Positions 1-7,710 of a DNA stretch of 20,070 nucleotides are shown in pieces. The position numbers and the translations under genes are program-made. The stretch is from assembly GCA_040260805.1 (NCBI GenBank), contig JBDQPD010000062.1, forward strand, positions 1 through 20,070. The letters are read 5' to 3'. The notes under the pieces were generated by a model. It was given only the letters and a program-made list of their open reading frames with translations. It did not search any database and was not told the origin of the DNA. The DNA comes from Myxococcota bacterium. GTDB lineage: Bacteria; Myxococcota; UBA4151. How positions within the stretch are numbered: position 1 is the stretch's first letter; each line of letters begins with the position of its first letter.

Positions 1-162
1 CTTCTTCGTCCTCGTCATCACCCTCTTCGTCGTCGCCTTCTTCGTCGTCGCCTTCTTCTTCGTCCTCGTCATCACCCTCTTCGTCGTCGCCTTCTTCGTC
101 GTCGCCTTCTTCTTCGTCCTCGTCATCACCCTCTTCGTCGTCGCCTTCTTCGTCGTCGCCTT
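1..162. repeat. Three identical 54-bp tandem repeats (1-54, 55-108, 109-162) encoding EGDDEEGDDEEGDDEDEE in pilQ; may extend past the edge
   Basis: The unit cttcttcgtcctcgtcatcaccctcttcgtcgtcgccttcttcgtcgtcgcctt occurs three times without mismatch and has an internal ~15-bp sub-repeat. Confidence 0.95.
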
Positions 163-1096
163 CTTCGTCTTCTTCGTCCTCATCGACCTCGCCGGTGTCT
201 GAAGCGGGGTCATCTTCAAACTCTTCGGGCGCGTCATCGACTTCGGTGTCGTCTTCTTCGGCGGCGACTCGTTTCGCGACTTTGGGTGCGAAGCGAATAT
301 CCCAAAACAGGCGTTTCCCTTGGGTCCAGACAGCGTCTTCAGCGCCATCAGCCACGTCGATGAGCACACGGCATTGGTTGGCTTGCTTACGGTCCCTAAA
401 GGTCGAAAGACTCTGAAGCGGTGCGCGAGGAGCGCTCAAGTCCTGACCCTGAACCAACGAGTCCTTCATCGTGCATGAGGGGATACGCAGCGAACGTAAA
501 CTTCCCTCATTCGGATCGCGAACAAAGCGAGCTTCTCGATCAAAAGCGATCGTCGCTCGAACAAAATGACCATGGTCGGTCAAACGAGCGTCAACCATGT
601 TCAGAATCGGCATCGCCTTTTGAGCTGGGCTGATGGGTTTAGCTGCCACGGGAGCGCTCGGCTGACGCAGTCTAACTTCAAAGCCATTTCCCAATGATTT
701 TGACTCGGTGTAGATCCAAGGTTCATTGCTCAAATCGACGACGATGCGCAGCACGCCGCTGTTTCGACTCATTCGGACCCCGGTCGCCAGCTTGCCAGCT
801 TTAACCACGGGTTTGACACGGCGCGGCTTTCGCACTCCGGGAAGATCGATGATCAGGCGCTCGGGGTTTCTAAGACGCATTAAACCGACGCGCCGAAAGC
901 GGTCATTACCGCGCACCACGACTCGGAGGTCTTTCTTATCGTTGACCACCGCAACACCACCGATCAGATGAGCTGCACCGTCACCGTTGCTCCAGCGCCA
1001 GTGATCATATTTCGGAAGAGTCTCTGATCCTTGAGCGTTCGTGGCTAACCCACCAACCAAGATACTGAGCATAAGAACTGTTCGTGCTATTGCCAC
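1..1096 (-). CDS. pilQ: Type IV pilus secretin PilQ, N-terminal part (signal peptide, AMIN-type domains, poly-acidic linker); continues beyond the left edge
   Basis: Translated by hand. GTG at 1096 is preceded by AAGGAGGT (1108-1101) and the frame is open for 365 codons to the window edge. It begins MAIARTVLMLSILVGGLATNAQG (signal peptide-like) and contains AMIN-like motifs 'NPERLIIDLPG' and 'VLRIVVDL', with a second 'CRVLIDV' further on. It lies directly after pilMNOP. The secretin domain itself is not visible in the window. Confidence 0.8.
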   Translation of the reverse strand, partial: MAIARTVLMLSILVGGLATNAQGSETLPKYDHWRWSNGDGAAHLIGGVAVVNDKKDLRVVVRGNDRFRRVGLMRLRNPERLIIDLPGVRKPRRVKPVVKAGKLATGVRMSRNSGVLRIVVDLSNEPWIYTESKSLGNGFEVRLRQPSAPVAAKPISPAQKAMPILNMVDARLTDHGHFVRATIAFDREARFVRDPNEGSLRSLRIPSCTMKDSLVQGQDLSAPRAPLQSLSTFRDRKQANQCRVLIDVADGAEDAVWTQGKRLFWDIRFAPKVAKRVAAEEDDTEVDDAPEEFEDDPASDTGEVDEDEEDEEGDDEEGDDEEGDDEDEEEGDDEEGDDEEGDDEDEEEGDDEEGDDEEGDDEDEE

Positions 1097-1100
1097 CGAA

Positions 1101-1108
1101 ACCTCCTT
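1101..1108 (-). promoter_or_regulatory. Shine-Dalgarno site (AAGGAGGT) for pilQ
   Basis: A perfect SD sits between the pilP TAG and the GTG at 1096. Confidence 0.8.
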
Positions 1109-1741
1109 CTAGAGTTCATCGGCCGGACCTGAAGTTTTCTTTACGCGTTCTTCTTCACTTGGCTCTGCGGCATTGTTCGCAGGCCGTGGATCCGAAGTCT
1201 CCATGAGCGGTTCGTTAGGGTTACCTGCTGCCAAGGGGTCCTCAGCTCGGATACGCAGCGAACGATCGACAACCGAGATGCGTCCAAGCTGGTCTTGAAA
1301 GCGCTCTCGTAAGAGCACTACGCCCTCGCGAATGTCGATCACTCGACCGCCATTTGAACCAAGCTCCGAGCCGCGTCGGACAAAGTATCCAGCCCCCTCG
1401 CGCGTCTCAACCAAGGCAACAGGCGATGCGATTCCGGTGACGACCCCGGTAAACGTAAGGTTCGCAAGCGGAACACACAAAGCGCATTTGTCCTCGGCGT
1501 TTTCGTCCGAAATCGTCACAATGAAAGGCTGAAATGGATCGCGTACGCCGTCAGCTCGGTACACAAAGGGTTCAACCTTCTCGGTGCTTTGGTCCGTCGG
1601 CTTGACCGCTTTCACCGCGCCTGGCTTGTTTTGATTGTTTGGGCTGTTTTGTGGGTTTGCGGCGCTGGGGCCGGAGGACTCGTCATCGCCACAGGCGATC
1701 AAGATGAAGGGTAAGAAGAGGAAGCTCAGCCGGTTCATCAC
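1109..1741 (-). CDS. pilP: Type IV pilus assembly lipoprotein PilP
   Basis: Lipobox LIAC, 'RDPFQPF' motif, and the beta-domain 'TGVVTG..SPVALVE...G.GYFVRRGSELG.NGGRV' typical of PilP. Located between pilO and pilQ. The start is GTG 1741 or the next codon, ATG 1738. Confidence 0.9.
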   Translation of the reverse strand: MMNRLSFLFLPFILIACGDDESSGPSAANPQNSPNNQNKPGAVKAVKPTDQSTEKVEPFVYRADGVRDPFQPFIVTISDENAEDKCALCVPLANLTFTGVVTGIASPVALVETREGAGYFVRRGSELGSNGGRVIDIREGVVLLRERFQDQLGRISVVDRSLRIRAEDPLAAGNPNEPLMETSDPRPANNAAEPSEEERVKKTSGPADEL

Positions 1742-2382
1742 CTACGCCCTCGTCTCTTTTTCTTCTTGCCCAAGCTTTCAAGTTCATCGGGGCGAAGCAG
1801 TCGAAACGCTGCAATCGTCGCTGAACCCATCAGCTGGTTGGTCGTAATTGCCCCATCTTTTGCAGGCGCATTGTTGTCGAACTCAAATTGGATCGCGAGC
1901 ACCTTGACCAGTCGTTCAAGGTGACCGATCCGATCGAGGAATTCTCCAACGGCATGGTAGGTTCCGGCAAAATCACCGCGATTGATGATGAAGGCCATCT
2001 CTTTGACTCGAAGCTCAGCTTCGGGCTTGAACGTGCGCAGATCCAATCGCGCGACGCCGGCTTGTTCGTAGACCTTATCGAGCAGGTCCCCGGGATCGGC
2101 TTCCATCGGAATTTTACGGCTAATTTCTCGAACCTTAGCCTGCTTGAACTTGAACTCTTGCTCGAGCACGTGTTGGTTGCGAATTTCGACCTGTAGATCG
2201 TTTTGGGTGCGGCGCTGTGTGGCAATATTTTGGGTCGTTTCTTCGAGTTCGCCTTCGACACCACTCAAGATGATGAAGTAAAACAGGGCGAAGACGACAA
2301 TCGGTGTGAACACCGAAACCAGAATGCGTTGTTGCTTGGGCAGTGCGCCCCAGCGCTCAGCGAGGCCTTGAAGATTGTTCAC
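1738..2382 (-). CDS. pilO: Type IV pilus assembly protein PilO
   Basis: Single N-terminal TM, coiled coil, 'KIP.EAD..DLLD.V...A...L.L..FKP' and 'GTYHAVGEFLDRIGHLERLV' motifs. 4-bp overlaps with pilN and pilP. Confidence 0.92.
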   Translation of the reverse strand: MNNLQGLAERWGALPKQQRILVSVFTPIVVFALFYFIILSGVEGELEETTQNIATQRRTQNDLQVEIRNQHVLEQEFKFKQAKVREISRKIPMEADPGDLLDKVYEQAGVARLDLRTFKPEAELRVKEMAFIINRGDFAGTYHAVGEFLDRIGHLERLVKVLAIQFEFDNNAPAKDGAITTNQLMGSATIAAFRLLRPDELESLGKKKKRRGRR

Positions 2383-3062
2383 TTCCCACCTCGCTTCTTT
2401 TTACTTCGATCGATCTCTGCGGGGCGCCAGCCTCCGACGCGGGCAAATAAGCTAAAGCTCTGAACCGGAATTTGAGCCTCTTTATAAAGCACCTCTTTGA
2501 CCTCGCCGAACTCGATGTGATCGAAGAGCGGACTGCCGCGCATATTTTTGGCAAAATCGGTCACATCGGATGGCCCCATGGCAAAGCCTTGGACGCCCAC
2601 TGCAAAGATGGGCTCTGCGAGCTTAGGCAGCATATCCATGCTGAGTCGTTCGCCGCCTTTCATCACGGGATCGCGCAAGCCGAGCGGCTGCCCGATGGGA
2701 TAAAAGGACATCCCCGTCAGCCAGACGCGATTCGGAATGTTGCGCGCCAACTGCATCATCACCCGGGCAGGGTCTGCCTTGAGCTTGTCGATGATCTCCA
2801 CGATCTCAGCTTTGGCGCGTAGCTTCTCTTCTTCTTGTTTAAGCTTCTCGAGCGTACCGGCTTCGCGCTGGAGCTCAGCGGTTTTGCGCTGCTCGATACG
2901 CAACTCCGCCTGACGACCATCGAGGACGTCAGCGGCGGAAGCGTACCACATCGAGAGACCAAGAATCTGCGCAATGACTACCAACACGAGGAGCATGAGC
3001 TGCTGCTTGAGGTCTCGTTGGCGAGCCTCCTCACGTATCGGTAAAAGGTTAATCCGAATCAT
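2379..3062 (-). CDS. pilN: Type IV pilus assembly protein PilN
   Basis: N-terminal MIRINLLP (PilM-binding motif), TM segment, coiled coil, 'IPNRVWLT' and 'SPLF..IE' motifs. ATGA overlap with pilM. Confidence 0.93.
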   Translation of the reverse strand: MIRINLLPIREEARQRDLKQQLMLLVLVVIAQILGLSMWYASAADVLDGRQAELRIEQRKTAELQREAGTLEKLKQEEEKLRAKAEIVEIIDKLKADPARVMMQLARNIPNRVWLTGMSFYPIGQPLGLRDPVMKGGERLSMDMLPKLAEPIFAVGVQGFAMGPSDVTDFAKNMRGSPLFDHIEFGEVKEVLYKEAQIPVQSFSLFARVGGWRPAEIDRSKKKRGGK

Positions 3063-4123
3063 TTGCGTTCCTTGCTCGCGTCGAGACGATCAAGGGTTGA
3101 GCGACAGCCAAGACCCATGGCGATGGCGCCCTGACACCCGATCGCTTGGAGCGCCTGCAGATCAGCGCCTCGGTGGGTTCCTTGGAGCCCTCTAAAGGGG
3201 TCGAGTCGCGCCGCATCGAGGCCGACCTCACGAGCGATCGCCATGCACAGGGCGTCCGAGTTTGCGGCGCCACCGGAGAGAAACAAACGCTCAAGGGGCA
3301 AACCGCCCTGGTCTGCGTGATAATTAATCAACCCACGCAGCTCGCCGATCATCTCGCCGCTCGCTTCCTCTAGGACGCGCTGGACATCTGCGGGGACTAA
3401 ACCGTCGGCGATGTCACCGGTCTTGAACGCTTCGGCTTGGGCGTACGGAAGCGCCAGCTGCCGCTGAAGGGCGTCGGTGAGTTTTGCGGAGCCTTGCTCC
3501 AGGGCTCGGCTGTACAGAATCTCGCCCTGGTGTACGACCGAGACGGTGCACAGGTGAGCACCCAGATCGACCACTGCGGTCACTTCATCAGCATGCTCTG
3601 GATAAGCCATCGAAAAGGCGTTGGCGGCAGCGAAGGGTAGGGCGTCGACGACGACAGGGCGCAAGCCCGCTAAGCGCACCGCAGCGCAATAGTCATCGAC
3701 GACGGTGCGCTTAGCCGCAACCAAGATGACATCCATTTGCTCGGTCTCTTCGTCGACTTTGCCCATATGGAAGTCGAGATAGACCTCGTCGAGATCAAAG
3801 GGGATGTATTGCTTGGCTTCCCAAGCCAGGCTCTCTTCGAGCTCAGCTTCGGTCATCGCCGGTAAACGGATGTGACGCACGATCGTCGCTCGACCGCCGA
3901 GCCCAATAGCCGCCTCACGACGACGTACCTGGGTTTTAGCGAGCAGCTCACGCAGCGTCGACACCAGCGCAGCTGAGTTGAGCAGCTCTTCGTCGACGAT
4001 GGTTTCTGCCGGGAGCGGCATGCTGCCGATCTGATCGAGCCGAAAACCCCTACCCTTAGCGGTGAGCGCCACCAGCTTTACCTGATGCGAACCGATATCC
4101 AGACCCAAGCTCAATTTACTCAT
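3059..4123 (-). CDS. pilM: Type IV pilus assembly protein PilM (actin-like fold)
   Basis: GLDIGSHQVKLV, 'WEAKQYIPFDLDEVYLDF', 'LVAAKR', 'VDLGA' and 'LSGGAA' motifs. Confidence 0.95.
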   Translation of the reverse strand: MSKLSLGLDIGSHQVKLVALTAKGRGFRLDQIGSMPLPAETIVDEELLNSAALVSTLRELLAKTQVRRREAAIGLGGRATIVRHIRLPAMTEAELEESLAWEAKQYIPFDLDEVYLDFHMGKVDEETEQMDVILVAAKRTVVDDYCAAVRLAGLRPVVVDALPFAAANAFSMAYPEHADEVTAVVDLGAHLCTVSVVHQGEILYSRALEQGSAKLTDALQRQLALPYAQAEAFKTGDIADGLVPADVQRVLEEASGEMIGELRGLINYHADQGGLPLERLFLSGGAANSDALCMAIAREVGLDAARLDPFRGLQGTHRGADLQALQAIGCQGAIAMGLGCRSTLDRLDASKERK

Positions 4124-4229
4124 AAACGCTTATGTCCACGCCAAAAGGTACCTCCGCACGCGCGGGGCTTCGCCTCCGAGAACGTCTCGCGTTCGGTAAA
4201 GGTTTAGACTTTGGTGGTGGCTAAAGCGT

Positions 4230-5525
4230 TCAGCGCTGAATGAACCCCGACCATCGCGGTGTAGTGGCCGCGCCGAGTTTGGGGTTGAGAAGTCGATGGT
4301 GACGGCCATCTTCACGCATCACATAGAGTCGAGACCCCTTGCCGTTGCGACTCGACGAAAAGACGAGGAGACGACCGTTGGGCGCCCAGCTTGGCTCTTG
4401 GTTGTGACCTTGAGCCTGGGTCAGCCGTTTGATGTTTAGGGTCTTGATGTCGACGGTGAACAGATCAAAGACATTGCGCTCGTCGCGTCCACTAAACGCA
4501 ATGAGGTCTCCGCGCGGTGACCAAGCAGGAGTTTGGTTGTAGTTTCCCTTGAACGTCAGACGACGAACCGAGAGATCGGCTAGGCTCAGAGCATAAATCT
4601 GCGGCGAGCCGCCACGGTTGGACACGAAGGCGATCGATGCACCATCTGGACTCCAGCTTGGTGAGCAATCGATCGCCCAGTGATCGGTCAAACGAGCCAC
4701 AATTTCCCCTCCGGGCGTCAGCGCATACAGCTCGGTGTTCCCGTCTTTACTCAAAGCGAGGGCGAGCAGTCGTTTGTAGGTCGTTCCCTTGAGCGTGACC
4801 GAGCTTCGGCTCATCGCTGCGCCCGCATTGGAGCCCGGATGCCGCGCAATTCCCTTCCAGGGTCCGCCAGCAATACCGGACAAATAGAGGTGCTGACCCT
4901 TGTCGGTGAGGTGGGTAAAATAAAGACTCTGCCCGCCGGCGCCCCAAGCGGGTAAAATACTCAGCGATTTACGATCGGTCACGCGTTGCAGATTCGAGCC
5001 ATCCGAGGCCGTCGTCCAGATGGAGGTGTTGCGCCCCTCGCGCCTCGCAAAAGCAATGCGGCTAGCGAAGGGACCGGGTTCACCCGAGAGCCGTAAGATA
5101 ATGGCATCAGCGATCTTTTCAGCCGCTAGCGCTTCCTGACCTTTAGGTGCTTTGGTCTGACCTTCAGTCAGGAGGTTTTGGGTGCCGGCATCGAACAGCC
5201 GCCACATGACAACCGTCTGCTCGCCGGCGGCCTTTAAACGCAGTTTGAGCAAGCCGCGTGCACCCACCTGTTTCCATGCATCCCAATTGATGTCGCCGGT
5301 TTGGTCGCCTTCGCTTGCAGGAGCGAGAAAGCTCGCCCGGTCCAAAAGCCGAAACATTCCTGTCATGCCCAACATGGGCTCGACGCGTTGACGCAGCGAC
5401 GCGCTGGCTAAGCCCATGGCTCCAGCAGCGGCGACCTCTGTGACCGCAATAGGGTAGGCGGCGACCGTCGCGCCAGAGACCTCAAAGTCGCTGGCAAGTA
5501 GACTCAAACTCAGTGCTAAAATCAC
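4230..5525 (-). CDS. tolB: Tol-Pal system beta-propeller protein TolB
   Basis: Short signal peptide, TolB N-domain ('AEKIADAIILRLSGEPGPFASRIAF') and PD40 repeats SPSWSPDG, TPAWSPRG, EPSWAPNG. Downstream of tolR and tolA. Confidence 0.88.
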   Translation of the reverse strand: MILALSLSLLASDFEVSGATVAAYPIAVTEVAAAGAMGLASASLRQRVEPMLGMTGMFRLLDRASFLAPASEGDQTGDINWDAWKQVGARGLLKLRLKAAGEQTVVMWRLFDAGTQNLLTEGQTKAPKGQEALAAEKIADAIILRLSGEPGPFASRIAFARREGRNTSIWTTASDGSNLQRVTDRKSLSILPAWGAGGQSLYFTHLTDKGQHLYLSGIAGGPWKGIARHPGSNAGAAMSRSSVTLKGTTYKRLLALALSKDGNTELYALTPGGEIVARLTDHWAIDCSPSWSPDGASIAFVSNRGGSPQIYALSLADLSVRRLTFKGNYNQTPAWSPRGDLIAFSGRDERNVFDLFTVDIKTLNIKRLTQAQGHNQEPSWAPNGRLLVFSSSRNGKGSRLYVMREDGRHHRLLNPKLGAATTPRWSGFIQR

Positions 5526-6256
5526 GGGCGAAAGGTTCCTCGAATGCCGGTCGAAAGACGCTTGGCAATCTCTTTGGGGGGTGCAGGGTAACTGGCTGAG
5601 CGCGCAGCGCTGAGAATGTCGCGATCAAATTGGTCATGACCCGAGCCCTGCTCGAGGCGCGCCTCCAAGAGCTGCCCTTGGCGTCCAATCCTCAAGAATA
5701 AAATAGCGCTGAGTCGGATACGTTCAGCGGACGAGATCGTATCTGAGATTTTGTAGTTACCATCGGCTTTGATCGCCTGACCGACCTGGCTGAGGTAGTT
5801 GTTTTGCAAACTGAGCAGCTCACCTTGGCTCAGTGTACCTTGGTCAGATCCTTCGGCTTTCCCTTTGGCATCACTGGGTTTGTCGCCCGTTTGGTCTTGG
5901 GTGCCAAGGCGGGCGAGCGCGTCGTTCGCCTCCTCACCTGCTGCGAGGGCATCGAGTCGCTTGAGCGCAGCTGCAGCCGTATCTTGAGTTGCTTTGCTCA
6001 CCGCTTTACGGGGTTTGGGTTTGATTTTACCTGGCTTTTTGCGCTGGGTTCGGACCCGGCGCGGGAGCTCTTTCTTTTTTTGTGGTTCGCCTTTGGCAAC
6101 GAGCTCCGCAATGATCGCGTGTTGCAAGGGTTTAGCGGGCGCTTCACCGCCGGTGAGGACCAGCGATAAAACGACCGCCACATGAAGGCTGATGCTCACG
6201 CCGATCGCTTTTCGCCACCCTGAAGGGAGGTGACGGTTTGCCGGTCTTCCGATCAT
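5522..6256 (-). CDS. tolA: TolA/TonB-family energy transducer
   Basis: TM with the S-x3-H motif (SISLH), a K/P/R-rich linker, and the TonB_C-like C-terminus 'SG.DQFDRDILSAARSASYPAPP'. Flanked by tolR and tolB with 4-bp overlaps. Confidence 0.75.
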   Translation of the reverse strand: MIGRPANRHLPSGWRKAIGVSISLHVAVVLSLVLTGGEAPAKPLQHAIIAELVAKGEPQKKKELPRRVRTQRKKPGKIKPKPRKAVSKATQDTAAAALKRLDALAAGEEANDALARLGTQDQTGDKPSDAKGKAEGSDQGTLSQGELLSLQNNYLSQVGQAIKADGNYKISDTISSAERIRLSAILFLRIGRQGQLLEARLEQGSGHDQFDRDILSAARSASYPAPPKEIAKRLSTGIRGTFRP

Positions 6257-6672
6257 CGCTTTGGCGGCTCGGGATCGGTGATCAGTCCAAGTTGACGCAC
6301 GCCCGCTTGCCGAAGATCAGCCATGATGGCGACCACTTCGCCGTATCCCAGCGCCGCATCCGCATGAAGATAAAGCGCTTTACCTTCCTTGATTCGCGCA
6401 TTGGCGCCGAGTTTGGAGGCGAGCTGAGCTTCAGGGATCTCGACTTTGCCCAAGAAGAACTTTTTCGCTTTGGTCATGGTGAGCACTAGGCGCTCATCTT
6501 CAGTGCTCACTGGGGTTGAAGCAGCCTCGGGAAGGTTGACATCGACACCTTGCTTCATCAGCGGCGCGGTCACCATGAAGATGATTAAGAGCACCAGCAT
6601 GATGTCGACCATCGGGGTGATGTTGATCTCGGCGACCGGTTGGTCGTCCTCACCGCCTAGGTTAAAAGACAT
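6253..6672 (-). CDS. tolR: TolR/ExbD biopolymer transport protein (139 aa; start moved to the ATG at 6672)
   Basis: 'EINITPMVDIMLVLLIIFMVTAP' with the conserved TM Asp, 'VNLP', and 'LHADAAL.YGEVV.IM..L..AGV..LGLIT'. AAGGGAG lies upstream of ATG 6672. The longer ORF-track start overlaps the divergent gene. Confidence 0.9.
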   Translation of the reverse strand: MSFNLGGEDDQPVAEINITPMVDIMLVLLIIFMVTAPLMKQGVDVNLPEAASTPVSTEDERLVLTMTKAKKFFLGKVEIPEAQLASKLGANARIKEGKALYLHADAALGYGEVVAIMADLRQAGVRQLGLITDPEPPKR

Positions 6673-6764
6673 CGAAAGCTCCCTTCTGACCCTACAACGG
6701 TTAATCGCCGCGGGATCTTCCCATTGCCCCTGGTCTTCGGCACATCTGACCCAAGGGGTTGAGG

Positions 6765-7661
6765 ATGCCAAAGCGGGTAGCGACGATCGACCTAGGAAGC
6801 AACAGTTGCGTTTTGTTGGTTCTTGAAGCGCGAGCAGGTCGAGTTGAGCGCGTGACCAGCGAGCTGGCGCTGACGCGTTTAGGACAAGGGCTCGACGCCT
6901 CGGGCGACTTGAGCGACGAGGCGATCAAGCGCAGCTTGGATGCGCTCGAGCGTTTTGCTGTGCGCGCTAAAGACCTAGGCGTGACTGAGATCCATGCGGT
7001 GGGCACTGCGGCCTTGCGTGAAGCCCGGAATCAAGACGTGTTGATTCAAGCTGCCCATCGGTTTGGGATCGAGCTTCGTCCGATTACCGGCGCCGAAGAG
7101 GCGGCTCTAAGTTTTGCCGCTGCTCAGTACGGCGCGGCCGCGGACTGCGTCGTGATCGACGTCGGCGGCGCATCAACCGAATTAGCCTGGGGTGGGTCCT
7201 CGGGGCTGCGGGGTCGAGTCAGCCTTAAGGTAGGTAGCGTTCGCTTGCATGAGCGTTTAGCGCTCGAAGCCCCGATGACGCATCGTATGCAAGAGCGTCT
7301 AAAGGACGCATGCCGCGCCGCGCTCGAAGAGGCCCCCGAAGCTCTTGTCGGTCCGCTGGTCGCCGTCGCAGGAACCGCGACCACGGCGGCGCAACTACAG
7401 CTCGGGCTCCGAGCCTACGATCCGGATCGACTCGATCAACAGGTGCTCACTCGTGAGGACCTGATGGCCATGCTCGAAGCCTTGGCGGCGCGCAGCGTGG
7501 CGGAGCGCATGGCGAGCTTTGGGCTGCCTGAGGGGCGCGCTGATGTGTTACCGGCAGGTTTGTCCTTGCTGCTCGCAGCCCTTGAACGACTTGGGCTCGA
7601 GCAACTGACCGTGCGCGACCGAGGGGTGGCCTGGGGCGAAGCTCTGCGACATCTAGCCTAA
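6765..7661 (+). CDS. ppx: Ppx/GppA family phosphatase, short form without HD domain
   Basis: IDLGSNS, GTAALREARN, G.EEA, IDVGGASTEL, GSVRL, AGTATT and RADVLPAG motifs. ATG 6765 follows AAGGGG (the ORF track gives TTG 6759). Confidence 0.9.
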   Translation: MPKRVATIDLGSNSCVLLVLEARAGRVERVTSELALTRLGQGLDASGDLSDEAIKRSLDALERFAVRAKDLGVTEIHAVGTAALREARNQDVLIQAAHRFGIELRPITGAEEAALSFAAAQYGAAADCVVIDVGGASTELAWGGSSGLRGRVSLKVGSVRLHERLALEAPMTHRMQERLKDACRAALEEAPEALVGPLVAVAGTATTAAQLQLGLRAYDPDRLDQQVLTREDLMAMLEALAARSVAERMASFGLPEGRADVLPAGLSLLLAALERLGLEQLTVRDRGVAWGEALRHLA

Positions 7662-7710
7662 TCATTGCGTCGGCGCTTTTGATGATCAATAAGACGACGC
7701 ACATGGGGAG

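Noticed and set aside
1..162. Direct repeats as a possible CRISPR array
   Set aside because: The units abut with no unique spacers, are a multiple of 3 in length, and encode an in-frame D/E/G tract of pilQ.
195..971. Three short plus-strand ORFs (195-416, 421-633, 726-971)
   Set aside because: They are antisense shadows of the pilQ frame, which has an SD, a signal peptide and AMIN motifs.
1476..1487. CxxC (CALC) in PilP as a redox or metal site
   Set aside because: As I recall, a Cys pair at this position also occurs in myxobacterial PilP. It is most simply a periplasmic disulfide and there is no other support.
4124..4229. Possible c-di-GMP riboswitch or sigma-54 promoter before pilM
   Set aside because: Only a fragment (CAAAGTCTAAACC) resembles the riboswitch and the P1/P2 architecture is absent. 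The GG...GC spacing in TGGCGTGGACATAAGC is one base off the -24/-12 rule.
6726..6759. Hairpin CCCCTGGTC/GACCCAAGGGG over the ppx SD
   Set aside because: It is short and bulged, easily arises by chance in GC-rich DNA, and probably overlaps promoter sequence. There is no independent support.
6673..6771. 33-aa N-terminal extension of TolR in the ORF track
   Set aside because: It overlaps the divergent ppx start. A good SD precedes ATG 6672, which gives a normal-length TolR.
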